64,000 nucleotides of DNA from an uncultured Spirochaetota bacterium (GCA_963734545.1 CAVTHO010000008.1:128001-192000), one strand, 5' to 3'. Shown: positions 9,581-18,935, counted from the stretch's first letter. Numbers and translations are program-made. The notes: a model not told the origin generated them from the sequence alone.

Positions 9581-9609
9581 GCAACCACGCCACCTCCTCG
9601 CAGGTATAC
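9581..9609 (+). promoter_or_regulatory. Putative ECF sigma promoter (copy 1)
   Basis: GCAACC-N16-GGTATAC, same elements and spacing as 10825-10853. Confidence 0.6.
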
Positions 9610-9640
9610 ATGGACAACAGCGGCTTGCCGCGAGGAGGAA

Positions 9641-10153
9641 ATGATGAGCAAAAGAATCATCGCAGGAATGGTCATGGTGCTGGCGGGCTTCGTCGCGTTC
9701 GCGAATGGGAACGCGGAAGGAACCACCACGGTCGAAGGAGTCGTGGCCGTTGCGCCCGACGAGAATGGGCGGGAGCGGGTCATGCTTCGCACGGCCAAAG
9801 GCGAGGACATTGTTGTGGACATGCCGATCCAGGAAAGGCAGCGGATCCAGCTTCGGGAACAGGACAAGGTCCGCGTCAGCGGGATCTATGTGGGAGTTCC
9901 CGCCGGAGAACAGGTGCAGGCCCGGGTTCTGGCACGACACGTGAATGCGGACGGCAAGGACTACACCATCGAGAATCCGATCCAGCTCACCGAGCGGGAT
10001 CGGGACCGCATACGCCTGTGCGAGGGTGAGCGGCTGCAGACCCAAACGCAGACCCGTGATCGGACGCAGAGCTCGACGGGCAGCGGTGGCGGCGGCGGCG
10101 GAACGAGCACAAGCCCGAGTGGGAAGGGGGTCAGCTCCCCTGGGGGGAAGTGA
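9641..10153 (+). CDS. Secreted protein, probable OB-fold with low-complexity tail
   Basis: Signal peptide ending AFA-NG; beta-rich core; RDRDR/QTQTQT and poly-Gly tail; RBS GAGGAGG. Confidence 0.7.
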   Translation: MMSKRIIAGMVMVLAGFVAFANGNAEGTTTVEGVVAVAPDENGRERVMLRTAKGEDIVVDMPIQERQRIQLREQDKVRVSGIYVGVPAGEQVQARVLARHVNADGKDYTIENPIQLTERDRDRIRLCEGERLQTQTQTRDRTQSSTGSGGGGGGTSTSPSGKGVSSPGGK

Positions 10154-10254
10154 TCCAGTGATGCGCGGCCGGCCTGTCGGTCCAGGCCGGCTGCCCTGAT
10201 GGCACGCTGCCAAAGGCGAACGCGCACCGAAGCAACGTGTTACATTCCAATTGC

Positions 10255-10872
10255 ATGAACGAGGGAAAGCCGATCCGCAACACCGAAGCAGACGATCTGC
10301 TCACGATTTCGGAAGTCCTCCGGGGAAACACCGATGCCTTCCGCTCCGTCCTCGAGCGCTATCACGGGCTGGTGTTTCGGCTCGCTCTCTCCTCCCTGGG
10401 AAACAGGGAGGAGGCGGAAGAGGCATCCCAGGAGATCTTTCTCAAGGCCTTCAGGTCACTGAAGTCCTTTCGCATTGAGAAGCGCTTCCTGCCATGGCTC
10501 TATTCCATAGCATCGAATCACTTGAAGACACGGGCGGTACGCATACGGAGGGTGGAGTCGGGACTCGTCCGGGACGTGCAGGAGCGCGTCCCCACACGGC
10601 CGGAAGACGATCCCCAGGCCCACGCGCTTCGCGAGCAGTCTCTGGCCGAGGTGAAGAACGCCGTGGCTGCTCTCCCCCTCACGCTGCGGGAGGTGGTGCG
10701 TCTCTACTACTTCGAGGCAATGAGCGCGGAACAGGTGGGATCCCTGCTCGGACTCGGAAGCGAGAATGTCAAATCTCGCCTTCTGAGGGGGAGGCGGAAG
10801 CTGAAGGAATTGCTGGAAAAGAACGCAACCGACGCCGACCTGTCAGGGTATACTCATGGCAGGAGTGGATGA
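10255..10872 (+). CDS. ECF RNA polymerase sigma-70 factor
   Basis: AEEASQEIFLKAF, FLPWLYSIA (region 2); NVKSRLLRGRRKL (region 4.2). Confidence 0.9.
   Translation: MNEGKPIRNTEADDLLTISEVLRGNTDAFRSVLERYHGLVFRLALSSLGNREEAEEASQEIFLKAFRSLKSFRIEKRFLPWLYSIASNHLKTRAVRIRRVESGLVRDVQERVPTRPEDDPQAHALREQSLAEVKNAVAALPLTLREVVRLYYFEAMSAEQVGSLLGLGSENVKSRLLRGRRKLKELLEKNATDADLSGYTHGRSG
10825..10853 (+). promoter_or_regulatory. Putative ECF sigma promoter (copy 2, inside the 3' end of the sigma gene)
   Basis: GCAACC-N16-GGTATAC. Confidence 0.6.
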
Positions 10873-10882
10873 GGAGCAGCGC

Positions 10883-11500
10883 ATGAATGACTGCGATCGC
10901 GTCAAGGAGCTGATTCGCGCATGGGAGGAAGGAGGTTCGATCGGCCCCGCCGACATGGTCCTCCTCCGGGAGCACTGCACATCCTGCCCTTCATGTGGAA
11001 AGCGCTTTGCAGCGCTTCTGCCTTTCATTGCACGGGACGTCGAGGGCGCACCGGTCATGCCCCTGGACGACGGTCCTGCCGGTCTCCCCGATGAGGTCAT
11101 GGCGAAGCTGAAGGGACACGCGCCGGCACGGAGAGCTCCCCGCATCTCCTGGGGGATCGCCGTCGCCGCCGGCCTCGTGGTCTTTCTCGGCATCGGGCTT
11201 TTCGCCTTGCGCTTCAGCACGAGCCGCTCCGCGTCCGAGGTGGTCGTGCGTTTCGAGCTGACCGCTCCGGAAGCAAAGAGCGTTGCCCTCGTGGGAAGCT
11301 TCACGGGCTGGAAGACCTCAGAGCTTGCGATGCGCGACCCCGAGGGGGACGGTGTCTGGGAGATATCGATCAAGCTGAGGAAAGACATGATCTACACGTA
11401 CAATTTCCTCATCGACGGAAGCCGCTGGGTGGAAGATCCGGGCGCTGAAACTCAGGTTGACGACGGTTTCGGCGGCAGCAGCTCCGTCATGACGCTTTAG
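10883..11500 (+). CDS. Anti-sigma factor: Zn-finger, TM, and CBM48/AMPK-like glycogen-binding domain
   Basis: HCTSCPSC (HxxxCxxC), one TM, then AKSVALVGSFTGW...GVWEI...YTYNFLIDG..WVEDP...DDGFGG.SS. Confidence 0.85.
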   Translation: MNDCDRVKELIRAWEEGGSIGPADMVLLREHCTSCPSCGKRFAALLPFIARDVEGAPVMPLDDGPAGLPDEVMAKLKGHAPARRAPRISWGIAVAAGLVVFLGIGLFALRFSTSRSASEVVVRFELTAPEAKSVALVGSFTGWKTSELAMRDPEGDGVWEISIKLRKDMIYTYNFLIDGSRWVEDPGAETQVDDGFGGSSSVMTL

Positions 11501-11509
11501 GAGACTGTC

Positions 11510-12037
11510 ATGCACAAGATGAGAAAAGGCGGAGTGATCGCGGCCATGCTTGTCCTTGTGCAGCTCTCACTCTCTGCCCAGAGCACACAAGACGCCCTCT
11601 CTGCGGAGGCGGCGCAGATGCTGCTGCGCGCGCGCTCGGCAGAATGGATCGCGTCGCTCTCGCAGGAGCTCGATCGACTCCATACCGCTGCGCCGTCCTC
11701 CCCGGTTGTGCTCGACCTCGTGGTGAGTGCGATCCCGGCCACCCTGCTCCCGGAAGACCCTCTGGATGCCGCCCGTATGCTGTTCGACGCATCAGGCGAA
11801 ACGGATCGCGCGCTTCGCCACGGCGTGCCCCGCGCGCTCCTGCGCGCGGAAATACGCCTCGCGTGGCAGAGTGCTCTCGATTCCCGATCACGCTTTGCCC
11901 TTCGCCTGCAGGGCAGGGCGGGCAAGGCAGCCGATGGCTTCGGGGCGGAGAATCGGAGAGCGTGGGACCAGTCGGCGCAGGGCAAGAGCGATCGAGGCGC
12001 GGGTTTCGGGGGAGCGGGCGGCGGAGGTTCTCACTAG
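11510..12037 (+). CDS. Secreted helical protein of unknown function
   Basis: Signal peptide, RBS AGGAG, Gly-rich tail; LPEDPL and ALRHGVPR segments. Confidence 0.65.
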   Translation: MHKMRKGGVIAAMLVLVQLSLSAQSTQDALSAEAAQMLLRARSAEWIASLSQELDRLHTAAPSSPVVLDLVVSAIPATLLPEDPLDAARMLFDASGETDRALRHGVPRALLRAEIRLAWQSALDSRSRFALRLQGRAGKAADGFGAENRRAWDQSAQGKSDRGAGFGGAGGGGSH

Positions 12038-12751
12038 ATGAGACAGCGTCTCACCGTCTCGATTCTTCTCCTCCTCATCGCCCCCCTTGTCTTTTGCGAG
12101 GCGCCCGAGCTGTCCTCCTGGTTCAAGAGCGATCCCCGAGCACAGGCCTACCGTGAAATCGAACCGCAGGTTTCCCGCACCTTCGACGAAGCAGAGGCGG
12201 CGGGCCTGCCTCTGCGGATTCTCATGGACAAGCTCCGCGAAGGAGCGGCCAAGGGAGTCACAGCCGACAGGTTGACCGCGGGGCTCCGCGCGGAGCTGGA
12301 GCGGCTCTTGCGGGCGCAGGCGATACTCGAGCGTCAATCGGTCCGCATCTCTGATCAGGAAGGTCGAGAGGAGGCAATGAAGGGGATCTCGATCTCCCTG
12401 CTCGCGGGACTTCCCCCTGAGGCGGTGGAGGAGCTCTTCGCACTTTCCCGACCTCCTGCCCGGGGCCCGCAAGATGCCGTTGCGGCATGCGCCGCGATCA
12501 TCCAGATCCGGGAGACGAGCAGGCTGTCTGATACAGACATCCTGCGCCTCGGCGCAGCGCTTCTCGGCAGCCGCCTGCCCTCGACATCCTTCAGGTCCAT
12601 CCCGTCATTCTTCGTCAAGGCGCGCGCACGCGGCATTGGGGAGCGGGAGATACTGGACTCGATCGTGATCAGGGCGCTCGCATCGGGCGGCGGGCTCGTC
12701 CAGATGGAAGACCAGCTGCGGCTTGAGCTGAAGAGGAGGGGCGGGCGGTGA
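12038..12751 (+). CDS. Secreted helical-repeat protein of unknown function
   Basis: Signal peptide; GLPLRILMDKLREGAAKGV; start abuts upstream stop. Confidence 0.7.
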   Translation: MRQRLTVSILLLLIAPLVFCEAPELSSWFKSDPRAQAYREIEPQVSRTFDEAEAAGLPLRILMDKLREGAAKGVTADRLTAGLRAELERLLRAQAILERQSVRISDQEGREEAMKGISISLLAGLPPEAVEELFALSRPPARGPQDAVAACAAIIQIRETSRLSDTDILRLGAALLGSRLPSTSFRSIPSFFVKARARGIGEREILDSIVIRALASGGGLVQMEDQLRLELKRRGGR

Positions 12752-13755
12752 GAAAAAAGTCGTTGGTGTGCATCATCCTTGCCGGGATCGCCGTCGGTTC
12801 CTACGGGGAGGCGGACCTGAGCCTCGGCGCGACCGGAGAGGCCTCGCTCGCCGAGCCTGTTTCCCTGGGCGTCGAGCCGTTCCTCAAGGGAACATGGAGC
12901 CTTACCGCTCCCCTCACGGACGAGCTGAGCGCGTTGGCCGATGCCAGCTCGCGTGTGGGCTACGGCCTGCCCGGGCAGGGCTTCACCTATTTCGGCTACG
13001 CCGCGGCCGACCTCTCTTATCGGCGCGGGATGCTTTTCGGCAAGCTCGGCGCGACCTCGACAGTCGCGGGAGACTCGACAGGGAGCCTGCCGGATTTTGC
13101 CGTGGCCTCCGACGCCGAGATGACGCTTGACTACTCGGATTTTACGCTTTCCTTCTTTCCGACCATCCGGTGGAAACAAGCGGACGCGCAGCGGCGCCTT
13201 GAGGGGGAGGGCGCGCTTTCGAGCATCATCGCCGCGGGAGACCAGGTGTTGCTGCGCGCGCGGCTCGAGGGCGGCGTGGGTTTGCCGGAGGGGGGGACCC
13301 CGGAATGGTTTGCCGCGGCGAGCGCGGGCGTCTCGTTCTATCCGGAAGCGCCGCTCGTGTTTTCGATCGATAGCGGCTTCAAGAGAAGCTTTGCGACAAA
13401 CCCACTTGAGGAAACCATCGATGGCGCGGTCGTCACCATCCCGAAAGCGAACGGCTACATTGAAGCCTTCCTGTCTTTGGAGCTCTCCGCTTCCCTCGGA
13501 CGGGATCTGCGGCTTGGTCTTCTCGGACCGGTGCGTTATCGAATTGCCGACCATGGTGCCGTGGAAGGCACCGCCATCCTCCCGGAGACCGAATGGCGGC
13601 TGAGCGTCTCTCCCGCAGTCTCTGCGGAGCTCGCGTTGTCTTCGAGCTTCTCGCTGAAGGCGACCTGCGGAGTCGACCTCCCGTTTTCGAACAGTGCCTA
13701 TCTGCAGAAAAGGGTTGGGTACCTCACCATCGAGTCGATCCTGTCGATTGAATGA
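12748..13755 (+). CDS. Probable outer-membrane beta-barrel protein
   Basis: Signal peptide; alternating hydrophobic/polar strands throughout; GTGA overlap. Confidence 0.55.
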   Translation: MRKKSLVCIILAGIAVGSYGEADLSLGATGEASLAEPVSLGVEPFLKGTWSLTAPLTDELSALADASSRVGYGLPGQGFTYFGYAAADLSYRRGMLFGKLGATSTVAGDSTGSLPDFAVASDAEMTLDYSDFTLSFFPTIRWKQADAQRRLEGEGALSSIIAAGDQVLLRARLEGGVGLPEGGTPEWFAAASAGVSFYPEAPLVFSIDSGFKRSFATNPLEETIDGAVVTIPKANGYIEAFLSLELSASLGRDLRLGLLGPVRYRIADHGAVEGTAILPETEWRLSVSPAVSAELALSSSFSLKATCGVDLPFSNSAYLQKRVGYLTIESILSIE

Positions 13756-13773
13756 CCAGGCGACATCGCGCTC

Positions 13774-15105
13774 TCAGGACCAGGCGTCCCTCTCCTTCAG
13801 CCGGCTCTGCAGCGTCCGCCGGCTGATGCCCAGCTCGGCGGCTGCCTTCGTCCTGTTGCCCCCGTGCCGGGCGAGCACCTTCTCGATCAGCTCTCTCTCC
13901 TGGTCTCTCAGCCTCCCCTTCTTGGGTGTGCGCGCAGGGGACGCGAACGGCTCCCCCAGGTCACGCGCGCTGATGCGGTCTCCCGCGCAGAGGATGTGCG
14001 CGCGCTCGATCCTGTTTTCCAGCTCGCGCACGTTGCCGGGAAACGCATAAGCCTGAAGGCGCGCCAGCGCGTCCGGCTCGAGCCCGCTTACCTTTCGACC
14101 CCTTTCCCTGTTCAGCTTTTCCATGAACAGCCCCGCAAGCCGGGGAATGTCCTCGCGCCTTTCACGCAGCGGGGGGATCTCTATACGGATGACGTTCAGC
14201 CGGTAATAGAGGTCCTCGCGGAACTTCCCCTGCTTCAGGAGCGCTTCCAGGTCTCGATTGGTTGCGGCCACGATGCGGGCGTTGATCGGGATGGCGGTGG
14301 TGCCCCCGAGACGCTGCACGCGCCGCTCCTGCAGCACGCGCAGGAGCTTCACCTGAAGATGCATCGGCATGTCCCCGATCTCGTCGAGAAAGAGCGTTCC
14401 CGAGGAGGCGAGCTCCAGCATCCCGCGCTTGCGATCAGCCGCGCCGGTGAAGGCGCCCTTCTCATATCCGAAGAGCTCGCTCTCCAGCAGCGTGTCAGGG
14501 ATGCCGCCGATGTTGATGGCAACGAAAGGCCCGTTCGGCGTGACGGAGAGCGCGTGGACCAGCCGGGCAATGACCTCCTTGCCAGTGCCGCTTTCCCCGG
14601 TGACAAGCACCGTGGAGGGTGTCGGTGCAACCCTTTCCACGAGCAGGCGCACCTCGCGCATCTTCTCCCCGTCCCCGATCCACGCGTCAGCGCCGCGGGC
14701 AGATGCATCCGCGGCCTGCCGGCCTGCTTCCGCCTGGCTGGCCAGGGCGCTTTCCGCGAACAGCCTGCGCAGGCGCAGGAGAAGCTCCTCGGGGTCGAAT
14801 GGCTTCACCAGGTAGTCGCGCGCGCCGAGCTTCATTGCGGAAACGGCGTCACGCACATCGCCGTAGGCGGAGATGATGATCGTGGGCACAGGGGGGCCCG
14901 CGTCCCGCAGCCAGGTGAGCAGCGCGAGCCCGTCCATCGCCGGCATCCTCAGGTCCAGCACGAGACCGTCGAACACATCGGTCTCCAGAAGCGCCCGGGC
15001 CGCGATCCCGTCCGCTGCCGTAGCGGTTTCGATGCCTTCGGCGGCAATATAGGCCGCGATGGATTCCCGGATATTCTTCTCGTCGTCGGCAATCAGCACC
15101 TTCAC
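13774..15105 (-). CDS. Sigma54-dependent response regulator (NtrC/ZraR family)
   Basis: VLIADDE, LDLRMP, GESGTGKE, GAFTGA, LFLDEIG, FPGNVREL, Fis HTH; GTG start overlaps kinase stop. Confidence 0.95.
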   Translation of the reverse strand: MKVLIADDEKNIRESIAAYIAAEGIETATAADGIAARALLETDVFDGLVLDLRMPAMDGLALLTWLRDAGPPVPTIIISAYGDVRDAVSAMKLGARDYLVKPFDPEELLLRLRRLFAESALASQAEAGRQAADASARGADAWIGDGEKMREVRLLVERVAPTPSTVLVTGESGTGKEVIARLVHALSVTPNGPFVAINIGGIPDTLLESELFGYEKGAFTGAADRKRGMLELASSGTLFLDEIGDMPMHLQVKLLRVLQERRVQRLGGTTAIPINARIVAATNRDLEALLKQGKFREDLYYRLNVIRIEIPPLRERREDIPRLAGLFMEKLNRERGRKVSGLEPDALARLQAYAFPGNVRELENRIERAHILCAGDRISARDLGEPFASPARTPKKGRLRDQERELIEKVLARHGGNRTKAAAELGISRRTLQSRLKERDAWS

Positions 15106-16373
15106 GGCGCGGCTCCTTCCGGCAGGGCGACCCTCGCCTCGATGCCCCCGCCGCTTCGGGGCGCCAGCGTCAGGGTCCCGCCTGCCGCCTCGACGAATCG
15201 CCGGGCCAGCGAAAGGCCGATTCCCGAGCCGTGGATCTTGTCGGTGTAGAAGGGGTCGAATACTTTCTCTCGCAGCTCGACGGGGATGCCCCTGCCGCAA
15301 TCCCGGACCGCGATGACGATGCGCGTCTCTTCACGCAGGAGCGCGATCTCCACGGGACGGTGCGCAGTGGCCTCGCCGTAGCTCTCCCAGGCGTTTCGCA
15401 CGAGGTTCTCCATCACCGAGCGCAGCAGGTCCCTGTCGAACGCCACCTGCCAGTGAGGCAGCGCGGGGTCCACCTGAACGGGGTAGGAGAACCGGCGGGC
15501 GAGATCGGGGAGGAACTCGCCGAGATCGATCTTCTGCTGCGTGCCGGCCGGGTTCTTCAGGAAATCTCCGACCCGGCGGGCAAGAACATTCAGCCTGTCG
15601 GTCTCTTCTTCGATGACATCCAGCTCCCGCGCAGCCCCGTCGGGTATCTTCTTCCTCAACAGGCTGGTCTGGATCCTGATTGCGCTGAGCGGGTTTCGAA
15701 TCTCGTGGGCCAGGGTTCGCGCCGACTCGCCCAGCCGGGCAAGTCTTTCCCGCTCTTCCGCCCTGCGCCGGTACCGCTGGTTGCTGATCACCAGGGCGAG
15801 AAACAGGGCGGCGAGCCCTGCCACGAGCAGCGGCGCCCCGACTGCCGCCACCCCGTAGAGAGACCGCGTGCGATAGAATCCGCGGATGTCCATCGACAGA
15901 AAGACCGTGCCGCCCGTCACCGCCCTGTTCCCGCGCAGCCCTGGGCCGCCCTGCATCATGCTTCTCATTTCAGGACCGGTGCCGTCCCGCATCATGCGCC
16001 GCATCCCCGGGCCCCCCATGCCGAGGGTTCGCACGAGGGAGAGAGTCCGGCGGGGCTCGTCGTAGGCGAATGCCGTGGACGCGCCCCCCGGCTGCAGAGC
16101 AGCCGGCGCGTCACCAAAGCCGGCAACGATGCCGCCCGGCCCATAGATGCCGAACCCGAGGATACGGGAGTCGAGGCCGGCCGGATCGACGCTTCCCTGC
16201 GACCTGTAGGTGTCCACGAGGCCGGCAGCAATCCGGTCAGCCTCGTACTCGACGAGGATCTGCGCGCGGCGGGACTCCCCCGAGATGAAAAACACGGAGA
16301 GAAGGGCGAGCCCTGCAGACAGCACGACAAAGGCAGGAACGAGGAATCGGGTCTCGCGGGGGCGCACACTCAT
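15102..16373 (-). CDS. Sensor histidine kinase with Met/Gly-rich periplasmic loop
   Basis: Two TMs, LAHEIRNPL H-box, ENLVRNA, DCGRGI, GSGIGL. Confidence 0.92.
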   Translation of the reverse strand: MSVRPRETRFLVPAFVVLSAGLALLSVFFISGESRRAQILVEYEADRIAAGLVDTYRSQGSVDPAGLDSRILGFGIYGPGGIVAGFGDAPAALQPGGASTAFAYDEPRRTLSLVRTLGMGGPGMRRMMRDGTGPEMRSMMQGGPGLRGNRAVTGGTVFLSMDIRGFYRTRSLYGVAAVGAPLLVAGLAALFLALVISNQRYRRRAEERERLARLGESARTLAHEIRNPLSAIRIQTSLLRKKIPDGAARELDVIEEETDRLNVLARRVGDFLKNPAGTQQKIDLGEFLPDLARRFSYPVQVDPALPHWQVAFDRDLLRSVMENLVRNAWESYGEATAHRPVEIALLREETRIVIAVRDCGRGIPVELREKVFDPFYTDKIHGSGIGLSLARRFVEAAGGTLTLAPRSGGGIEARVALPEGAAP

Positions 16374-16450
16374 CCGGCGCAATGATAACTCCTCTGAAAA
16401 CAAAGAGCCAGCGACGGCGCCGGCTCTCGATTCAGGAAGGATAGCGCGGC

Positions 16451-16957
16451 TTAGAACTCGCCGTATCCCCAGCCACCCATCATGGGGCCGCCGCCAGAGC
16501 CGCATCCCCTGCCTCCGGCCCATCCTCTGCGGGGACCGGCGCCATAGGCGCCCGCCATCCGCCCCCGGTACTGGGTAAGGTCGTAGGCCTTGCCGTCTAT
16601 GGTGGCTTTTGTCACGAACAGGTCGATGTTCTTGTCATCTCCCTGCTGCCACCTCGGCGTGCCCTGCACGAGGTAGCCTTCGACCGTGACCTGCGCCCCC
16701 TCTTTTATGCCTGAGCGATAGACGAGGAACCGGGGCACCATCAGCTCGTACACCTTGTCGCCGCTCTTCATCGTCGGGTGAATGAGGTTGTCGATCGATA
16801 CACTGCCCGTCACCACTATCTTCTGGCCGGTGGGTGCCTGCGCTCCCGGCCCGCCTCCGGGGCCAGTTGCCGAGGGCTCGTTCTGGCCGTTCGCAAAAGC
16901 CATGCCGGCAAGCGCCAGTCCAAGCACCAGCGAAACTGTGAAAACCTTCTTTGCCAT
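16451..16957 (-). CDS. Secreted protein, probable OB-fold with Gly-rich tail
   Basis: Signal peptide AFA-NG; IKEGAQVTVEG, IDGKAYDL; GGPMMGGWG tail; RBS GAGGAGG. Confidence 0.7.
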   Translation of the reverse strand: MAKKVFTVSLVLGLALAGMAFANGQNEPSATGPGGGPGAQAPTGQKIVVTGSVSIDNLIHPTMKSGDKVYELMVPRFLVYRSGIKEGAQVTVEGYLVQGTPRWQQGDDKNIDLFVTKATIDGKAYDLTQYRGRMAGAYGAGPRRGWAGGRGCGSGGGPMMGGWGYGEF

Positions 16958-16990
16958 GTTCAGCCTCCTCATGGTTTCTGGCCGTCATAT

Positions 16991-17006
16991 TGCATAGAGC
17001 ATGCCA
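16991..17006 (-). promoter_or_regulatory. Sigma54 (-24/-12) promoter
   Basis: Minus strand TGGCATGCTCTATGCA (GG-N10-GC). Confidence 0.75.
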
Positions 17007-17095
17007 AGTCGAGGTCCACACAACCATGAAAACGCGGTGAAATGCCTTAAAAAGAAGATGCGTTCGCTCGGAAACGCCCGTCCTTTCACGGAAGG

Positions 17096-17141
17096 TGCGC
17101 AATAACTGCGCAGCGCCGGTTTTCCGCGCAGTTGTTGCGCG
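17096..17141. promoter_or_regulatory. Tandem dyad sites, candidate enhancer for the sigma54 activator
   Basis: TGCGCA-N5-TGCGCA (17096-17112) and CGCGCA-N5-TGCGCG (17125-17141), about 90-135 bp upstream of the -24 element. Confidence 0.5.
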
Positions 17142-17153
17142 CGTGAGCCGGCT

Positions 17154-17363
17154 TCAGGCCGCGCTCTTCTTCTTCGTCGAAATACCGAACAGAAGATACA
17201 GCGGGCAGGTCCCGACGAGACCTGTTGCCAGGAAGATAACCGCAAGGATCCCGAGGATGACGGCGGCAGCCATCGAAAGCTGGTTGGCAAAGAACAACAC
17301 TGCTACTACGGCTGCAAGAACGATCCTGATCACCCGGTCCACACTACCCATGTTCCGTTTCAT
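17154..17363 (-). CDS. DUF2892 (YgaP-like) small membrane protein
   Basis: MKRNMGSVDRVIR...GTCPLYLLFGIST. Confidence 0.9.
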   Translation of the reverse strand: MKRNMGSVDRVIRIVLAAVVAVLFFANQLSMAAAVILGILAVIFLATGLVGTCPLYLLFGISTKKKSAA

Positions 17364-17398
17364 CTTTTTCCTCCTACGAAGAATTTGATCACGGTAAC

Positions 17399-17441
17399 AA
17401 AGTAGATGAGAACAGCGGAATTATCAGTGACTTTCATCACA
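17399..17441 (-). promoter_or_regulatory. Crp/Fnr-like palindromic box plus -10 (copy 3)
   Basis: Minus strand TGTGATGAAAGTCACTGAT-N18-TACTTT. Confidence 0.6.
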
Positions 17442-17462
17442 AAAGGATTCGCCTCCTCCCTC

Positions 17463-17498
17463 TTGACAATATCAGGTAATTTGGCTAAACTGCCAAAT
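17463..17498 (+). promoter_or_regulatory. ars promoter with ArsR operator
   Basis: TTGACA-N17-TAAACT; palindrome ATTTGGC-TAAACT-GCCAAAT over the -10. Confidence 0.75.
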
Positions 17499-17502
17499 AA
17501 CC

Positions 17503-17823
17503 ATGGATACAAAGACAGCCAGAAAATACGAGCGGCGTGCGGCCGTCATCAAGGCACTCGCCCACCCCAGCCGCCTGTATATCGTCGACAGGCTGGCCGA
17601 GCATGAGCACTGCGTCAACGAGCTGACCGCACTGATCGGCAGCGACATGTCAACCGTTTCCAAGCACCTGAGCGTGCTGAAGAACGCGGGAGTTGTTCAG
17701 GATGAGAAGCGCGGGGCCTCAATCTACTACTCATTGCGCATCTCCTGCATCCTTAATTTTTTCAAATGCGCTGATGCTGTCATCGACGCGATACAAAAAG
17801 AGCAGAGCGCTCTGACGGAATAG
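17503..17823 (+). CDS. arsR: ArsR/SmtB family repressor
   Basis: [23 protein letters not shown]; first gene of acr3 operon. Confidence 0.88.
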   Translation: MDTKTARKYERRAAVIKALAHPSRLYIVDRLAEHEHCVNELTALIGSDMSTVSKHLSVLKNAGVVQDEKRGASIYYSLRISCILNFFKCADAVIDAIQKEQSALTE

Positions 17824-17852
17824 GCTTCACACCAGCACGCGAGGGAGGACAA

Positions 17853-18935
17853 ATGAAAACACGCGCTATCGGCAGGCTCTCGTTCCTGGACCGGTTCCTC
17901 ACACTGTGGATTTTCCTGGCCATGGCAGCGGGAGTCGCGCTGGGGTATCTGGTCCCTGGCGTGGAGCCATTCATGAACAGGTTCCAGGCAGGCACCACGA
18001 ACATCCCCATTGCGGTGGGCCTTATCCTGATGATGTATCCCGTGCTTGCCAAGGTGCGCTACGAAGCCTTCGGTACCGTGTTCCGCCACGGCAAGGTCCT
18101 CACTCTGTCACTCGTTGCGAACTGGATCATCGGCCCGATCATCATGTTCGGCCTCGCCATCCTGTTCCTGCGGGGACATCAGGAATATGCGGTCGGACTG
18201 ATCCTCGTCGGACTGGCCCGATGCATTGCCATGGTGCTGGTGTGGAATGACCTGGCCAAGGCGGACAGGGACCTCGTTGCGGGCCTCGTGGCCTTCAACG
18301 CGGTTTTCCAGGTGCTCTTCTACAGCGTCTATGCCTGGATCTTCGTCACGATTCTTCCTCCGCTGTTCGGCATGAAGGGAACCCTGGTGGAAGTGAAGAT
18401 GGCGGAGATCGCGAAAAGCGTCTTCGTCTACCTGGGCATCCCGTTCATCCTGGGAATCATCACGCGATTCAGCCTGATCGGCCTGAAAGGGAGGGACTGG
18501 TACGAAGGAAAATTCGTCCCCAGGATCGCGCCGATCACCCTGGCCGCTCTTCTTTTCACCATCGTCGTCATGTTCTCCCTCAAGGGGAACCTGATCATCC
18601 AGCTGCCCCTCGATGTGGTGCGCGTGGCGGTGCCCCTTGCCCTCTACTTCGTGATCATGTTCGCGATCACGTTCTTCCTTTCCCGGAGGCTCGGCGCCGC
18701 CTACGAGCCGACGGCCACGGTTGCGCTCACCGCGGCCAGCAACGATTTCGAGCTGGCCATTGCTGTGGCCGTTGCGGTATTCGGGATAGGGTCCGGAGTC
18801 GCCTTTGCAACGGTCATCGGCCCTCTGGTTGAGGTTCCCGTCATGCTGGGGCTTGTGAATGTCTCGCTATGGTTGAGGAAAAAACTATTTGCGGCAGGTC
18901 CCTCGGATGGCCGCGTGAAGGAAAGGGTTCGATGA
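17853..18935 (+). CDS. acr3: ACR3 family arsenite efflux transporter
   Basis: [45 protein letters not shown]. Confidence 0.95.
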   Translation: MKTRAIGRLSFLDRFLTLWIFLAMAAGVALGYLVPGVEPFMNRFQAGTTNIPIAVGLILMMYPVLAKVRYEAFGTVFRHGKVLTLSLVANWIIGPIIMFGLAILFLRGHQEYAVGLILVGLARCIAMVLVWNDLAKADRDLVAGLVAFNAVFQVLFYSVYAWIFVTILPPLFGMKGTLVEVKMAEIAKSVFVYLGIPFILGIITRFSLIGLKGRDWYEGKFVPRIAPITLAALLFTIVVMFSLKGNLIIQLPLDVVRVAVPLALYFVIMFAITFFLSRRLGAAYEPTATVALTAASNDFELAIAVAVAVFGIGSGVAFATVIGPLVEVPVMLGLVNVSLWLRKKLFAAGPSDGRVKERVR

